48,871 nucleotides of DNA from an uncultured Candidatus Saccharibacteria bacterium. GTDB lineage: Bacteria; Patescibacteriota; Saccharimonadia; CAILAD01; GCA-016700035. The position numbers and the translations under genes were made by a program. Below the pieces are notes generated by a model. That model saw only the letters and a program-made list of their open reading frames with translations, searched no databases and was not told where the DNA came from. Below, piece after piece: positions 7,774 through 17,400 of the stretch. The stretch lies in the NCBI GenBank assembly GCA_937996675.1, contig CALKUN010000113.1:1-48871 (forward strand), in the 5' to 3' direction. Numbering within the stretch: the first letter of the stretch is position 1; every line of letters starts with the position of its first letter.

Positions 7774-9099
7774 ATGCTTGACCGCTTTGCGCAACTTCTC
7801 GAAAAAGACCAGCTGATGCCGGCTGGGGAGAGCTATATTGTTGCAGTTTCGGGTGGGGTTGATTCGATGGTCTTGCTCGACCTCCTTACTCAGTTGTCCG
7901 AGGGGTGGGGCTGGAATCTTATTGTGGCCCACGTTGATCATGCGCAGCGGCCCGAATCTATGGACGATGCTATGTTTGTAAGTCAAGCTGCCGATCGGGC
8001 GGGACATAGATTTTTATTGCACCGACTGCGCCCTGGTTCTGGGTCGGAAAACCGCTTACGCAACGCTCGGCATGCTTGGCTCGAAGACATGCGCCAGCAA
8101 TACGGTGCTCGCTCGATTGTAACGGCGCACCACCTGAATGACCGACTGGAGACTGCCGTCTGGCATGCTATTCGTGGAAGTGATCGTTTGGGTCTCACGA
8201 GCTTGGGTCAGAAGAGCCAGAACCTTATCCGTCCGCTCATTCGCTTCTCACGTGGAGAGATCTTGACGCATGCCCAGCTGCGGGATCTGGCGTGGCGCGA
8301 GGATCGCACGAATGCCGATCGTAGCTACACACGCAATCTCATCCGTCATGAACTCCTCCACGAAGCGCCCACTCTAGATCCTCATTACCACAACAACCTC
8401 TCTGGTTGGCTCGATCATCTGGAGGTGGTCAATGCGCGCATTGATAGTCGCTTGGATCACCTCAGCGAGAAGATCAGCACCCTCAAGGAGCACGAGCGTA
8501 GCATTAAGCTCTCGTCTTTTCTAAGCTTCTCACCGGCTATTCAGTCCGGCCTTCTGACCTACTGGGCGCGCCAGTGGACTGGCGGCACCGGTTTGACTCA
8601 AGCCAACGTTTCAACGGCTTTAGACTGGATCGCTTCAGCCCCCACGGGCACCTACACAGAGGCCCTGCCTGGCTTGATCCTAATCAGGGAATATGATAAA
8701 GTCAGTCTCGTCCCGAGGTCAGCTCCCGTAGAATCGTTAGCCCCCGAAGGAGCTGTACCCCTCGTACTCCATGAGCCGGTTCGCTACGGCCACTTACGCC
8801 TCACGCTTGTTCCTGCCGACGATCATCCCGACGATATTCCGTTGATGACATCGGGCAGTTATCTCGTACGTTCTTGGCAGTCGGGTGATCGCATCCAGCC
8901 GGTCGGTATGCAGGGGTCGAAAAAAGTCCAAGACATTTTTGTTGATCAAAAGATCCCACGCCGTCAGCGTCACACCTGGCCACTCGTGGTAACACCACAG
9001 AATGACATCGCACTCATTCCGAGGCTAGCCCGCGATCGTCGCTTCGCTAGCTCTGAGCATCACACCGCAGTAAAACTTCATGTAGAGGAGGTAGATTAA
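7774..9099 (+). CDS. tilS: tRNA(Ile)-lysidine synthase
   Basis: PP-loop SGGVDS near the N-terminus, the conserved tilS-ftsH gene order, and a C-terminal TilS substrate-binding-like segment (GSKKVQDIFVDQKIP). ATG 7774 is chosen because TACAAT sits 7 nt upstream; the track ORF starts at TTG 7738. Confidence 0.88.
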   Translation: MLDRFAQLLEKDQLMPAGESYIVAVSGGVDSMVLLDLLTQLSEGWGWNLIVAHVDHAQRPESMDDAMFVSQAADRAGHRFLLHRLRPGSGSENRLRNARHAWLEDMRQQYGARSIVTAHHLNDRLETAVWHAIRGSDRLGLTSLGQKSQNLIRPLIRFSRGEILTHAQLRDLAWREDRTNADRSYTRNLIRHELLHEAPTLDPHYHNNLSGWLDHLEVVNARIDSRLDHLSEKISTLKEHERSIKLSSFLSFSPAIQSGLLTYWARQWTGGTGLTQANVSTALDWIASAPTGTYTEALPGLILIREYDKVSLVPRSAPVESLAPEGAVPLVLHEPVRYGHLRLTLVPADDHPDDIPLMTSGSYLVRSWQSGDRIQPVGMQGSKKVQDIFVDQKIPRRQRHTWPLVVTPQNDIALIPRLARDRRFASSEHHTAVKLHVEEVD

Positions 9100-9102
9100 A
9101 TT

Positions 9103-10953
9103 ATGTTCAAGAAAATTCCTCGCAATTTCTGGTTCGCCATCATCGGTGTCGTCGTGCTCGTCGCGCTCCTTATCATCCCTGATGCCACTACCACAAAGCC
9201 GCAGTCTGTTTCTATCAGCCGCGTTATCGAGCAGGTAGACAAGGGCGAAGTCCAGAAGGTCGAAGTTTCGGGAGACAAGCTGACCGTAACGCTCAAGAGT
9301 GGCAGCAAAGAAGAAGCCTTCAAGGAAGCTGGCTCGACGCTCAAGGACTACGGTATTGATTCAGGCAAAGTCTTAATTGACCCGAAGAACCCCGACGACG
9401 GCTCGGGGCGATGGGTTGATGCGCTCTTTGCCTTCCTCCCGGTTGTTTTCATCATCGGCTTCTTCTGGTTGATCATGCGACAAGCCCAGGGGCAGAGCAA
9501 TGCCGCTATGAGCTTCGGACGATCCAAGGCTCGGGTGGCTGGTCTTGACCAAGAAAAGGTGACTTTTGGTGACGTCGCTGGCGCGCAAGAGGCTAAGCAA
9601 GAGCTCCAAGAGATCGTAGAGTTTCTCAAGTATCCAGCAAAGTTTGAAGCGCTTGGCGCGAAGATTCCTAAGGGAGCCTTACTGTTCGGATCGCCTGGTA
9701 CTGGTAAGACTCTCCTGGCTCGCGCAGTAGCCGGCGAAGCTGGCGTGCCATTCTTTTCAATCTCTGGATCTGAGTTTGTCGAAATGTTTGTCGGTGTCGG
9801 TGCGAGTCGTGTGAGAGATCTCTTTGCTAAGGCCAAGAAGAATGCTCCATGTATTATCTTCATCGATGAGATCGACGCTGTCGGACGGCAGCGTGGCACC
9901 GGTCACGGTGGCGGACATGATGAACGTGAACAGACCCTGAACCAGATTCTCACTGAGATGGACGGATTCGAGCAGGGAACAAACGTCATAGTGATGGCAG
10001 CAACCAACCGTCCTGACGTCCTCGATCCAGCCCTTCTCCGACCAGGTCGATTTGATCGACGCATCACGATCGATCCGCCAGATCGCAAGCAACGTGCTGA
10101 GATCCTCGAGGTTCATACCAAGGCTAAGCCACTTGAGAAAGGCGTTGATCTCGATCAGATTGCCGCCAAGACTCCTGGACTGTCTGGAGCAGATCTCGCT
10201 AATATCACCAACGAAGCGGCTATCTTCGCGGCTCGCAAGGACCGCAAGAAGATTCTTCAGAGTGACCTCAACGAAGCTGTTGAGAAGGTCGCCCTCGGGC
10301 CGGAGCGTAAGAGTCGCGTGATGAACGAGCAAGAGCGCAAGATCACTGCTTGGCACGAAGCCGGTCACGCTGTGCTCTCACACGTTCTGCCAAACTGCGA
10401 TCCAGTTCACAAGGTTTCGATTGTGTCTCGAGGTATGGCTGGTGGTGTAACGTGGTCACTCCCATTAGAAGACCGCAATTATCATTCAGTGTCAGACTTC
10501 CTCGACGACATCGCTATGAGTCTCGGTGGGCGTACGGCCGAGCAAATGATCTTCGGCGATATCACAACTGGAGCATCGTCTGACCTCCAGCATGCTAACG
10601 GTATCGCTCGTCGTATGATTATGGACTTTGGTATGGGGACTGGCGGACTCCGCAACCAAGTCTTTGGTGGAGAAGAGTCTTCATTCATGGGTCGATCATT
10701 CGGTGGTGAGAAGAACTTCTCCGAACAGACCCAAGATAAGATTGATGCAGAAGTGGCCCTCATCATGGCTGAAGCTACCAAACGTGCCGAAGCTACGCTC
10801 AAAGTCCATCGCAATAAGCTTGATGCGATTGCTGAGAAGCTTCTCAAAGAAGAGACCATTGAAGGTCCAGAGTTTGTAAAACTCTTTGAGAGCATCGATA
10901 AGGCCAAGAAGAAAGATCCGAAAGGTGTATCGCCCGTCACCGACGAAGTCTAA
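9103..10953 (+). CDS. ftsH: ATP-dependent zinc metalloprotease FtsH
   Basis: N-terminal TM pair, Walker A GSPGTGKT, the AAA second region of homology, and the HEAGH zinc motif. Confidence 0.97.
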   Translation: MFKKIPRNFWFAIIGVVVLVALLIIPDATTTKPQSVSISRVIEQVDKGEVQKVEVSGDKLTVTLKSGSKEEAFKEAGSTLKDYGIDSGKVLIDPKNPDDGSGRWVDALFAFLPVVFIIGFFWLIMRQAQGQSNAAMSFGRSKARVAGLDQEKVTFGDVAGAQEAKQELQEIVEFLKYPAKFEALGAKIPKGALLFGSPGTGKTLLARAVAGEAGVPFFSISGSEFVEMFVGVGASRVRDLFAKAKKNAPCIIFIDEIDAVGRQRGTGHGGGHDEREQTLNQILTEMDGFEQGTNVIVMAATNRPDVLDPALLRPGRFDRRITIDPPDRKQRAEILEVHTKAKPLEKGVDLDQIAAKTPGLSGADLANITNEAAIFAARKDRKKILQSDLNEAVEKVALGPERKSRVMNEQERKITAWHEAGHAVLSHVLPNCDPVHKVSIVSRGMAGGVTWSLPLEDRNYHSVSDFLDDIAMSLGGRTAEQMIFGDITTGASSDLQHANGIARRMIMDFGMGTGGLRNQVFGGEESSFMGRSFGGEKNFSEQTQDKIDAEVALIMAEATKRAEATLKVHRNKLDAIAEKLLKEETIEGPEFVKLFESIDKAKKKDPKGVSPVTDEV

Positions 10954-10969
10954 GAATTAAACAGATGTG

Positions 10970-11010
10970 AAAAGACCCCCGGTGTGTACCGAGGGTCTTT
11001 TGTTTTTTTG
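10970..11010. terminator. Bidirectional terminator shared by ftsH (+) and GC-rich cassette B (-)
   Basis: AAAAGACCCCCGG-TGTGTA-CCGAGGGTCTTTT followed by GTTTTTTT. It reads as a hairpin plus T-run on both strands. Confidence 0.75.
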
Positions 11011-11023
11011 CTGGACCTGAGCG

Positions 11024-11617
11024 CTAGCCGCTTGTCCTCTCCCAGAGCCTGAGAACGCAATCTTGCACAGTGATGCCATGCTGCTCTGACTCGAGAGCCA
11101 CCAGCCGAGTCCGCTGTTCGTTGATGAGATCCTGCAGCACCCTGTTGAGTCCGCTACAGATTTCTTGAGGCGAGATAAGGCCCATGCCCGAGAGGCTTTC
11201 TACAGTGCAGCCGTTTTGGCTGGGCGCGATGATCTTCACGACCTCACCCCCTTCATCCGTCCTCTCGTACTCAATCCACAAGGTTGACCAGGTGGCATCC
11301 TCTTTGAGCTGTATGACGGTGAGGTTGTGCGTGGAGGCAATGGACGCAGGCATTGCGCGCGTGCTGGGAGCCAGCATGTAGATGCCGCGCTTCCCGGACC
11401 ACTCTGCCAGTCGTCCGGACAATCGCATTGGGCAAAGGCTGCCTCGCTGGTTGGTGAGTAGCTTCAAGGAGCCAAGGGTAGGGAACCGGTACTTTTCAAG
11501 AAGCCCCACCATGGTCTTGGCTCGTAGCTCGGCGAGCTGGATCCATTCTTCTGGGGTGAACGCACGCCGTTCTGATGGCATGAGAAAATCAATTTGATCT
11601 AGGGTAGATTGAGGCAT
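11024..11617 (-). CDS. Moderately GC-rich orphan protein B (197 aa), no family recognised
   Basis: ATG at 11617 is preceded by GAGCGAGGA. The longer track ORF (to 11896) would overlap the murJ start and its own promoter. Composition is visibly richer in G/C than the flanks. Confidence 0.55.
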   Translation of the reverse strand: MPQSTLDQIDFLMPSERRAFTPEEWIQLAELRAKTMVGLLEKYRFPTLGSLKLLTNQRGSLCPMRLSGRLAEWSGKRGIYMLAPSTRAMPASIASTHNLTVIQLKEDATWSTLWIEYERTDEGGEVVKIIAPSQNGCTVESLSGMGLISPQEICSGLNRVLQDLINEQRTRLVALESEQHGITVQDCVLRLWERTSG

Positions 11618-11674
11618 TCCTCGCTCTTTCTTTTTGGCCTTCGAGGCAGTCCTCTCCGGCGGGTGCGGACCTAA

Positions 11675-11703
11675 ATTATGCAATAGTATCGAGTAGCGCT
11701 CAA
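11675..11703 (-). promoter_or_regulatory. sigma70-type promoter of cassette B
   Basis: On the minus strand TTGAGC (11703-11698), a 17-nt spacer, then CATAAT (11680-11675). Confidence 0.5.
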
Positions 11704-11720
11704 GCATAAGGATAAAGGGG

Positions 11721-11749
11721 TTGGCACTAAGAGTCCTACAGGGTAGAAT
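11721..11749 (+). promoter_or_regulatory. sigma70-type promoter upstream of murJ leader
   Basis: TTGGCA (11721-11726), a 17-nt spacer, then TAGAAT (11744-11749). Confidence 0.6.
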
Positions 11750-11770
11750 AGGTGCAGAGTTTAGAACTGT

Positions 11771-11815
11771 GAGGTCGCGGAAATACGGGTAGCCCGTCCG
11801 CGACTCCATTTTTTT
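11771..11815 (+). terminator. Promoter-proximal intrinsic terminator-like hairpin in murJ leader (attenuator or short sRNA)
   Basis: GAG(G)TCGCGGA ... TCCGCGACTC stem with an inner CGGG-TAG-CCCG hairpin, followed by CA-TTTTTTT. It lies about 15 nt after the predicted TSS and 16 nt before the murJ ATG. Confidence 0.5.
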
Positions 11816-11831
11816 ATGATCGATACTATTT

Positions 11832-13469
11832 ATGCCTAGTTTTTCATCCAAGCCCCTCACCAAGCTATCTGTCCGCAATATCCTGAAGCGCATCAATAAG
11901 CAGCGTTCGATTTCGATTGCGGCAACATTAATATCGCTTTCGTATTTGTTGAGCCGTATGCTCGGGCTGGTGCGCGATCGTCTCTTGGCCTCAAACTTTG
12001 GTCTCTCGGCTCAGACCGATGCTTACTCAGCTGCCTTCCGTATTCCTGACTTGCTATTCACCTTGCTTGTTTCTGGTGCACTCGCTGTATCTTTCATCCC
12101 GGTTTTCGTAGGATATCTTGAGCGTAAGAAGATCGAAGATGCCTGGAATATTGCCAGCACTATTCTCAACTTTATTATAATAACTACGCTCGGATTTGGT
12201 CTCGTTGCCATGATCTGGACTGGTCCACTCGTGAAGCTCATAGCACCAGGCTTTGATCCCGAGCGATTTCAGCTGACGGTTGACCTGACGCGCATCATGC
12301 TCATTACACCGTTACTCTTTGGTGTTTCTTCTGTTCTCGGCGCCATTCAGCAGTCTTTCCAGCGCTTCTTGCTCTTTGCGCTAGCCAGTGTATTCTACAA
12401 TGTCGGGATCATCATCGGGATCATCTTCTTCGCACCGATGTTTAATACGCCAATATATGGCGTAGCGCTCGGTGTCGTAACGGGTGCCGCTTTGCAGACG
12501 CTCATGCAGTGGTTTGGTTTACGTGGTCTTGATTTTCGATATCGCTTCCGACTTAATCTACGCGACCCAGCCGTCTTCCGTATTATCAAGCTTATGATCC
12601 CACGCTCGCTCGACATGGGCCTCGAGCAGATCAATATCATCGTCGTGACGGCTATCGGCTCACAGCTTGCTGCCGGATCACTGACGAGCTTCTACTTCGC
12701 TAATAACCTCAGTAATGTGCCGCTAGGCCTCTTCGGTGCAGCGATCGCGACCGCTATTTTCCCATCACTCATCCGTTCAGCTAAGTCGCATGATCCTGAG
12801 CGTTTGCCGCACTCTATCCGACAGAGTATTAAGTTTGTACTCTTCCTGGTTGTGCCGGCTGCAGCCGTAGCGGTCATTATGCGTGGATATATCGTCCGCC
12901 TGCTACTCGGGTTTGGTGATCAGGTTACGGCCGACGTGCTAGGCTGGCTATCCGGCGTGATTATCGCTCAATCAGTTTTTTACGTTGTGGCACGTATCTT
13001 CTACGCGCTCGAAGACACTCGCACACCACTCTTTACGAGTCTCATGACACTTGGGCTCAATGTGTTCTTCAGTTTTTGGATGGCCAAGGAATTTGGTGTA
13101 CCAGGTCTGGCTATGGCTATCTCACTTGTCACATCAATTGAGCTTTTGTTCTTGCTCTTTATGCTCAAGCGCAAGATTGGTGATTACGGTGTCCGTGCAA
13201 TTGCTTGGCTCGCCGCCAAAGTTTTCTTTGCAGCAGCAGTTATGTCTGGGGTTATGTATGGACTCATCACCGTCTTCTTCCCGCTCTACCGTGATGAGCG
13301 GGGATGGCGCGTACTTGGTCCAAAGTTTCTCATCGTTTGTATTGTCGGTGGTCTGATCTACTTTGCGATCTGTTGGATTCTGCGAGTCGAGGAGACGCGG
13401 GCTGTCTGGCGCTTGACCGAGTCGAAGTATCTGAATAAGCTGCGCAAGAAAGTGTGGGGCCGTGGATAA
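11832..13469 (+). CDS. murJ: Lipid II flippase MurJ (MviN family)
   Basis: 545-aa protein with about 14 TM helices. The N-terminal LSRMLGLVRDRLLASNFG is characteristic of MurJ. Confidence 0.9.
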   Translation: MPSFSSKPLTKLSVRNILKRINKQRSISIAATLISLSYLLSRMLGLVRDRLLASNFGLSAQTDAYSAAFRIPDLLFTLLVSGALAVSFIPVFVGYLERKKIEDAWNIASTILNFIIITTLGFGLVAMIWTGPLVKLIAPGFDPERFQLTVDLTRIMLITPLLFGVSSVLGAIQQSFQRFLLFALASVFYNVGIIIGIIFFAPMFNTPIYGVALGVVTGAALQTLMQWFGLRGLDFRYRFRLNLRDPAVFRIIKLMIPRSLDMGLEQINIIVVTAIGSQLAAGSLTSFYFANNLSNVPLGLFGAAIATAIFPSLIRSAKSHDPERLPHSIRQSIKFVLFLVVPAAAVAVIMRGYIVRLLLGFGDQVTADVLGWLSGVIIAQSVFYVVARIFYALEDTRTPLFTSLMTLGLNVFFSFWMAKEFGVPGLAMAISLVTSIELLFLLFMLKRKIGDYGVRAIAWLAAKVFFAAAVMSGVMYGLITVFFPLYRDERGWRVLGPKFLIVCIVGGLIYFAICWILRVEETRAVWRLTESKYLNKLRKKVWGRG

Positions 13470-15234
13470 GATACGCAATTTCTGCATCATTGCACACATC
13501 GATCACGGTAAGTCGACACTGGCCGATCGTCTCTTAGAGATCACAAACACTGTGTCAGGCCGTGATATGAAGGCGCAGATCATGGATACCATGGAGCTCG
13601 AGCAGGAGAAGGGTATTACGATTAAGCTCCAGCCAGCTCGCATGGGATGGAAAGGTCATGAGCTCAACCTCATTGATACGCCTGGTCACGTCGACTTCTC
13701 ATATGAGGTCTCCCGGTCGCTTGCAGCCGTCGAAGGGGCTATTTTAGTAGTCGATTGTACGCAGGGTATTCAGGCGCAAACCCTGGCAAATGTCTACATG
13801 GCGATTGAAGCCGGGCTCACTATTATCCCGGTCCTCAATAAGATTGATCTTCCCGCCGCGGAGCCTGAGCGGGTAGCCAAAGAAGTCGGACAGCTGCTAG
13901 GTGTGGATCCGAATTCGATTGGTAAGATCTCTGGCAAGACCGGTGAAGGCGTGGCGGAGTTGCTCGATCGCATCGTGATCGACGTGCCAGCCCCGACTAG
14001 CGATAGCGATGAGACTCAGGCGCTCGTCTTTGACTCGATTTTTGATGGGTATCAGGGCGTCATCCTATATCTGCGCATGGTGAACGGTTCGATCAAAACC
14101 AATCAGCCAATTCGCCTCATCCAATCAGAGAGCTCAAGCTTGGCTCTTGAGACAGGACACTTTATCCCCAGTCGTGTGACTGATCAGGAGCTGACCACCG
14201 GCCAGATTGGCTACGTTACGACCAATATTAAGTCAGTCCAGTTTGCGCGCGTGGGAGATACTGTCACTCTGGAGACCCAGAAGGACACTAAGCCGCTGCC
14301 CGGATATAAGAAGGTACAGCCACTTATCTTCGCGAGTCTCTATCCGACCAGCCAGGAAGAATATCCCAAGCTCAAAGACTCACTCGAGAAGCTGGCCCTC
14401 AATGATGCGTCATTGTCGTATTCCACAGAGAACTCAGCCGCCTTGGGATTTGGTATGCGCATTGGTTTCCTCGGCTTGCTGCACCTTGAGATCATCAAGG
14501 AGCGTTTGGAACGCGAATTTGATCTCGACCTCATCGTGACGAGTCCAAGCGTGAGCCATAAGGTCACTATGACGAACGGTGACCAGAGCATCATTGAGCA
14601 GGCTAGTGCGTTGCCGGATGCCAGTACTATCCTAGAGATTGCCGAGCCATGGGTACGTGGTGAAGTCGTGACGCCTAGTCAGTTTATCGGCGGTATCTTA
14701 CAGCTGATCATTGATGCTCGAGGCAGGCAGACCAAGCTCGACTATCTTGATGAGACTCGTGCCGTGTTGGGCTTTGAGGCGCCTCTAGCTGAAGTGCTGA
14801 CGGATTTTTATGACGCCCTCAAGAGCCTCACGGCTGGATACGCTTCGCTTTCGTATGAGTGGGACCGCTATGAGGTTGGCGATCTCGTCCGAGTAGATAT
14901 CTTACTCGGTGGAGATAAGGTGGACGCACTGGGTACAATCACTGCTCGATCTAAGTCTGTGGCATATGGCAAGAAGATTTGCGCTCGACTCAAAGAGCTC
15001 ATTCCGAGACAAAACTTTGAAGTCGCCGTGCAGGCAGCCATTGGCGCGAAGTTCATCGCCCGTGAAAATATCTCAGCGGTGCGTAAAGACGTGACGGCCA
15101 AACTCTATGGCGGAGACGTCTCACGCAAGAAAAAACTTCTTCAGAAGCAGAAGAAGGGTAAGGCAAGAATGAAGCAGTTCGGCAAGGTGTCAGTACCGAG
15201 TGACGTCTTTATGGATCTTATTAAGCGCGATTAG
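13462..15234 (+). CDS. lepA: Elongation factor 4 (LepA)
   Basis: GTG start. G1 motif AHIDHGKST and DTPGHVDF, plus LepA-specific C-terminal domain sequences (KLYGGDVSRKKKLL). Confidence 0.97.
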   Translation: MDKIRNFCIIAHIDHGKSTLADRLLEITNTVSGRDMKAQIMDTMELEQEKGITIKLQPARMGWKGHELNLIDTPGHVDFSYEVSRSLAAVEGAILVVDCTQGIQAQTLANVYMAIEAGLTIIPVLNKIDLPAAEPERVAKEVGQLLGVDPNSIGKISGKTGEGVAELLDRIVIDVPAPTSDSDETQALVFDSIFDGYQGVILYLRMVNGSIKTNQPIRLIQSESSSLALETGHFIPSRVTDQELTTGQIGYVTTNIKSVQFARVGDTVTLETQKDTKPLPGYKKVQPLIFASLYPTSQEEYPKLKDSLEKLALNDASLSYSTENSAALGFGMRIGFLGLLHLEIIKERLEREFDLDLIVTSPSVSHKVTMTNGDQSIIEQASALPDASTILEIAEPWVRGEVVTPSQFIGGILQLIIDARGRQTKLDYLDETRAVLGFEAPLAEVLTDFYDALKSLTAGYASLSYEWDRYEVGDLVRVDILLGGDKVDALGTITARSKSVAYGKKICARLKELIPRQNFEVAVQAAIGAKFIARENISAVRKDVTAKLYGGDVSRKKKLLQKQKKGKARMKQFGKVSVPSDVFMDLIKRD

Positions 15235-15241
15235 GAGTGAT

Positions 15242-15754
15242 ATGAAGTATCGAATCGCACTCTTGCCTACACAACGTGAAACCAAGCAGCTCATCGAATA
15301 TTCACAGTCATTGCCGGTGAGTGGCCCAGGCTTTCGCCTTGATCAAGACCATCATCCGCATATCACTATTGTGGCTTTTGAGGCCGAAGAAGCTACCGCC
15401 CTGGAGTATTGGAGCAAGCTGGAGGGTGTAGTCCTTGTCCCGGCTACCTCTCCGCTCGAGAAACTTCACTTCTCGCCTGAAGAGGGCTACATACTCTACG
15501 ACGTAGCGTTATCCTCCAGCCTGCAGTCACTCGCGAGGCACATTCGCGCGGTGCTCGAAGGTGATATCGGTAGAGATCGTTTTGATAAATACGCTGGCCG
15601 TGCTCCGCACCTCACGTTGGGTGTGGACGATTCCCCGGTTGAAGTAGTATTGCCCGAACCGCCATTACACGAAATACACTTTGATCGGTTGGTTCTAGCT
15701 GAGAGTGCCGAGCTCGGCTCAATCCGAAAGATGCTAAAGCAACGAGGCCTGTAA
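15242..15754 (+). CDS. 2H phosphoesterase superfamily protein (LigT / 2'-5' RNA ligase-like)
   Basis: Two HxT/S-type motifs (HPHITIV and APHLTLG) at the expected spacing. AGGAG SD lies before ATG 15242. Confidence 0.6.
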   Translation: MKYRIALLPTQRETKQLIEYSQSLPVSGPGFRLDQDHHPHITIVAFEAEEATALEYWSKLEGVVLVPATSPLEKLHFSPEEGYILYDVALSSSLQSLARHIRAVLEGDIGRDRFDKYAGRAPHLTLGVDDSPVEVVLPEPPLHEIHFDRLVLAESAELGSIRKMLKQRGL

Positions 15755-15801
15755 CCCAAGGCTTGACCTGAAAAAGCTCACGCTCGTAGTCTGGGAAGAA
15801 T

Positions 15802-15951
15802 ATGAAGTTACGACTCGCAATATTTTTCATGCTTGGGCTATGCTACTACAGCTACATACGTTCGACTGCTGACTTGGCACTCGTCCGTTTGGAGGCATTT
15901 CAGACGAGCTACCTTAGGGCTATTGAGACATACTCAATGCCGCAAAACTAA
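15802..15951 (+). CDS. Possible 49-aa hydrophobic small protein
   Basis: The unlisted short ORF MKLRLAIFFMLGLCYYSYIRST... has a weak GGGAAG SD and TTGACC-18-TAGTCT upstream. It overlaps the stop of the convergent CHAP gene by 4 nt. Weak evidence. Confidence 0.2.
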   Translation: MKLRLAIFFMLGLCYYSYIRSTADLALVRLEAFQTSYLRAIETYSMPQN

Positions 15952-16628
15952 TAGATGTAGCTAAACGAGGTTTCTGGTGCCCAACGGTAGCTGAGTCGGT
16001 TCCAGCCAACATAGTTCATCTCTGATACGTAGACCCGGCCATTTTCGACCTTTTCGACATACACAACGTGACCATAGCGGCCGGCTGTAGTCTGACCGAT
16101 TGCACCTGGACGGGCATTTGGTCCTGTCGTGAAGCCTGCAGCCTTGGCACGAGTCAGCCAGTCACGGGCGTTGCCCCAGTTCTGAGGAATGGGACGGCGT
16201 TTTGAGACATAGGCGGTACATTGACCGTAGGCATAGCCAGTAGCAGTATATTGTTCAGCCTGACTTGGACCCGATTCGCTTGGTTGATCAGTAGCCGGGA
16301 GGGTAGTGACGCTTGAGCTCGCTTCTGGCTTGGCGGCTATTGGGGTTGGCTTTGGTGCTGAGCTGGCAGACAGGACTGGCTGACTTGTGGCGCTACCGCC
16401 ATTGTCTACCGATAAGAATGCCGAAGACTTTGACTCAAAGTCATTACGACTTGCCTGGAAACAAATTGAGAATATAAAGAGGTAGGCCACCACCGTGAGG
16501 GCAGATTTCAGGGTCGGCATTGATGTGCGCAGGCTACGGATCTTTTGTGACAACGGCGAATTCGCCCGGCGGAGTTGTCGGGTGTGGGCTTCGAGTATTT
16601 GGCGTTGTTCGAGCGTAGCTGTGTTCAT
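15948..16628 (-). CDS. Membrane-anchored CHAP-domain peptidoglycan hydrolase
   Basis: N-terminal TM anchor, a Ser/Pro-rich spacer, and a C-terminal CHAP signature (YGQCTAYV ... GHVVYVE ... SEMNY). Confidence 0.8.
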   Translation of the reverse strand: MNTATLEQRQILEAHTRQLRRANSPLSQKIRSLRTSMPTLKSALTVVAYLFIFSICFQASRNDFESKSSAFLSVDNGGSATSQPVLSASSAPKPTPIAAKPEASSSVTTLPATDQPSESGPSQAEQYTATGYAYGQCTAYVSKRRPIPQNWGNARDWLTRAKAAGFTTGPNARPGAIGQTTAGRYGHVVYVEKVENGRVYVSEMNYVGWNRLSYRWAPETSFSYIY

Positions 16629-16754
16629 AAGATATGACGTCCTGAAAAAAGACGATTTGACATAGTAGCATGACCTGAGGATATATGCAATGTTTTTGAC
16701 GTTTTTGCGATCTCAAACTGCTATCATAAGCGTAAGAATAAAAGGAACCACTCT

Positions 16755-17336
16755 ATGCGCAAAGGATCAGCTCATCTCATTGTCGTCCTGCTTGTTGCCC
16801 TCATTATTATTTGTGGACTTGTATACTACGCACTTTTTATGGGCAAGAAGGCTACTGCGCCTGTTGCAAAATCTACGCCAACCGCAGTTTTGCCGGTCAA
16901 AGATGGATACCGCAGAGTAGCTATGGAGGAAGTTACGATTGATGTACCTGCAGGTTGGCAAGAAACAATCGATGATCCGAGTGAGACTGTGCGTACATAT
17001 AAGGAGTACGATGCGGTGACAGGCGACTATGTGTCTTTGACGATTGGCGGTGGTGGACGTTCGAACCCTAGCGATGCATCTTGGGCATATCGACTTAGCG
17101 ATACGAGGCCTAAGTCATTGATTTTGGTAAAAGAAGATGAAGTCCTTTGTGCGGAGTCTGAACCACTCTGTATCGTCGGGGATGGCCAATTGGATATCGG
17201 TGTAAAAATAGATAATGATGGAATGATCGGCATTATTGCAGGCAATCTTTACAGCCTTTATATCGGAAATTCTAAGAATGAAGCGGCGAGTCGACAGCTA
17301 TATCGGGACATCTTGAGCACCGTCCGCGTACAATAA
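16755..17336 (+). CDS. Hypothetical membrane-anchored or exported protein
   Basis: 193-aa ORF with an AAAAGGAA SD and one N-terminal TM helix. No family recognised. Confidence 0.6.
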   Translation: MRKGSAHLIVVLLVALIIICGLVYYALFMGKKATAPVAKSTPTAVLPVKDGYRRVAMEEVTIDVPAGWQETIDDPSETVRTYKEYDAVTGDYVSLTIGGGGRSNPSDASWAYRLSDTRPKSLILVKEDEVLCAESEPLCIVGDGQLDIGVKIDNDGMIGIIAGNLYSLYIGNSKNEAASRQLYRDILSTVRVQ

Positions 17337-17354
17337 TGGTATGAATAAATAAAA

Positions 17355-17381
17355 CTAGCACTCTTGACATGAGAGTGCTAG
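17355..17381. promoter_or_regulatory. CIRCE operator 1 (HrcA binding site) overlapping the hrcA promoter
   Basis: CTAGCACTC-N9-GAGTGCTAG compared with the consensus TTAGCACTC-N9-GAGTGCTAA. The spacer contains TTGACA, and TAGTAT lies 18 nt downstream. The hairpin plus TTTTT could also terminate the upstream gene. Confidence 0.85.
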
Positions 17382-17400
17382 TTTTTGTAGTATAGGGGTA

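Noticed and set aside
11618-11896. Upstream 93-codon extension of cassette B ORF (track 11024..11896)
   Set aside because: It would run through the cassette's own predicted promoter and the murJ leader promoter and terminator, and overlap the murJ start. The internal ATG 11617 has an SD.
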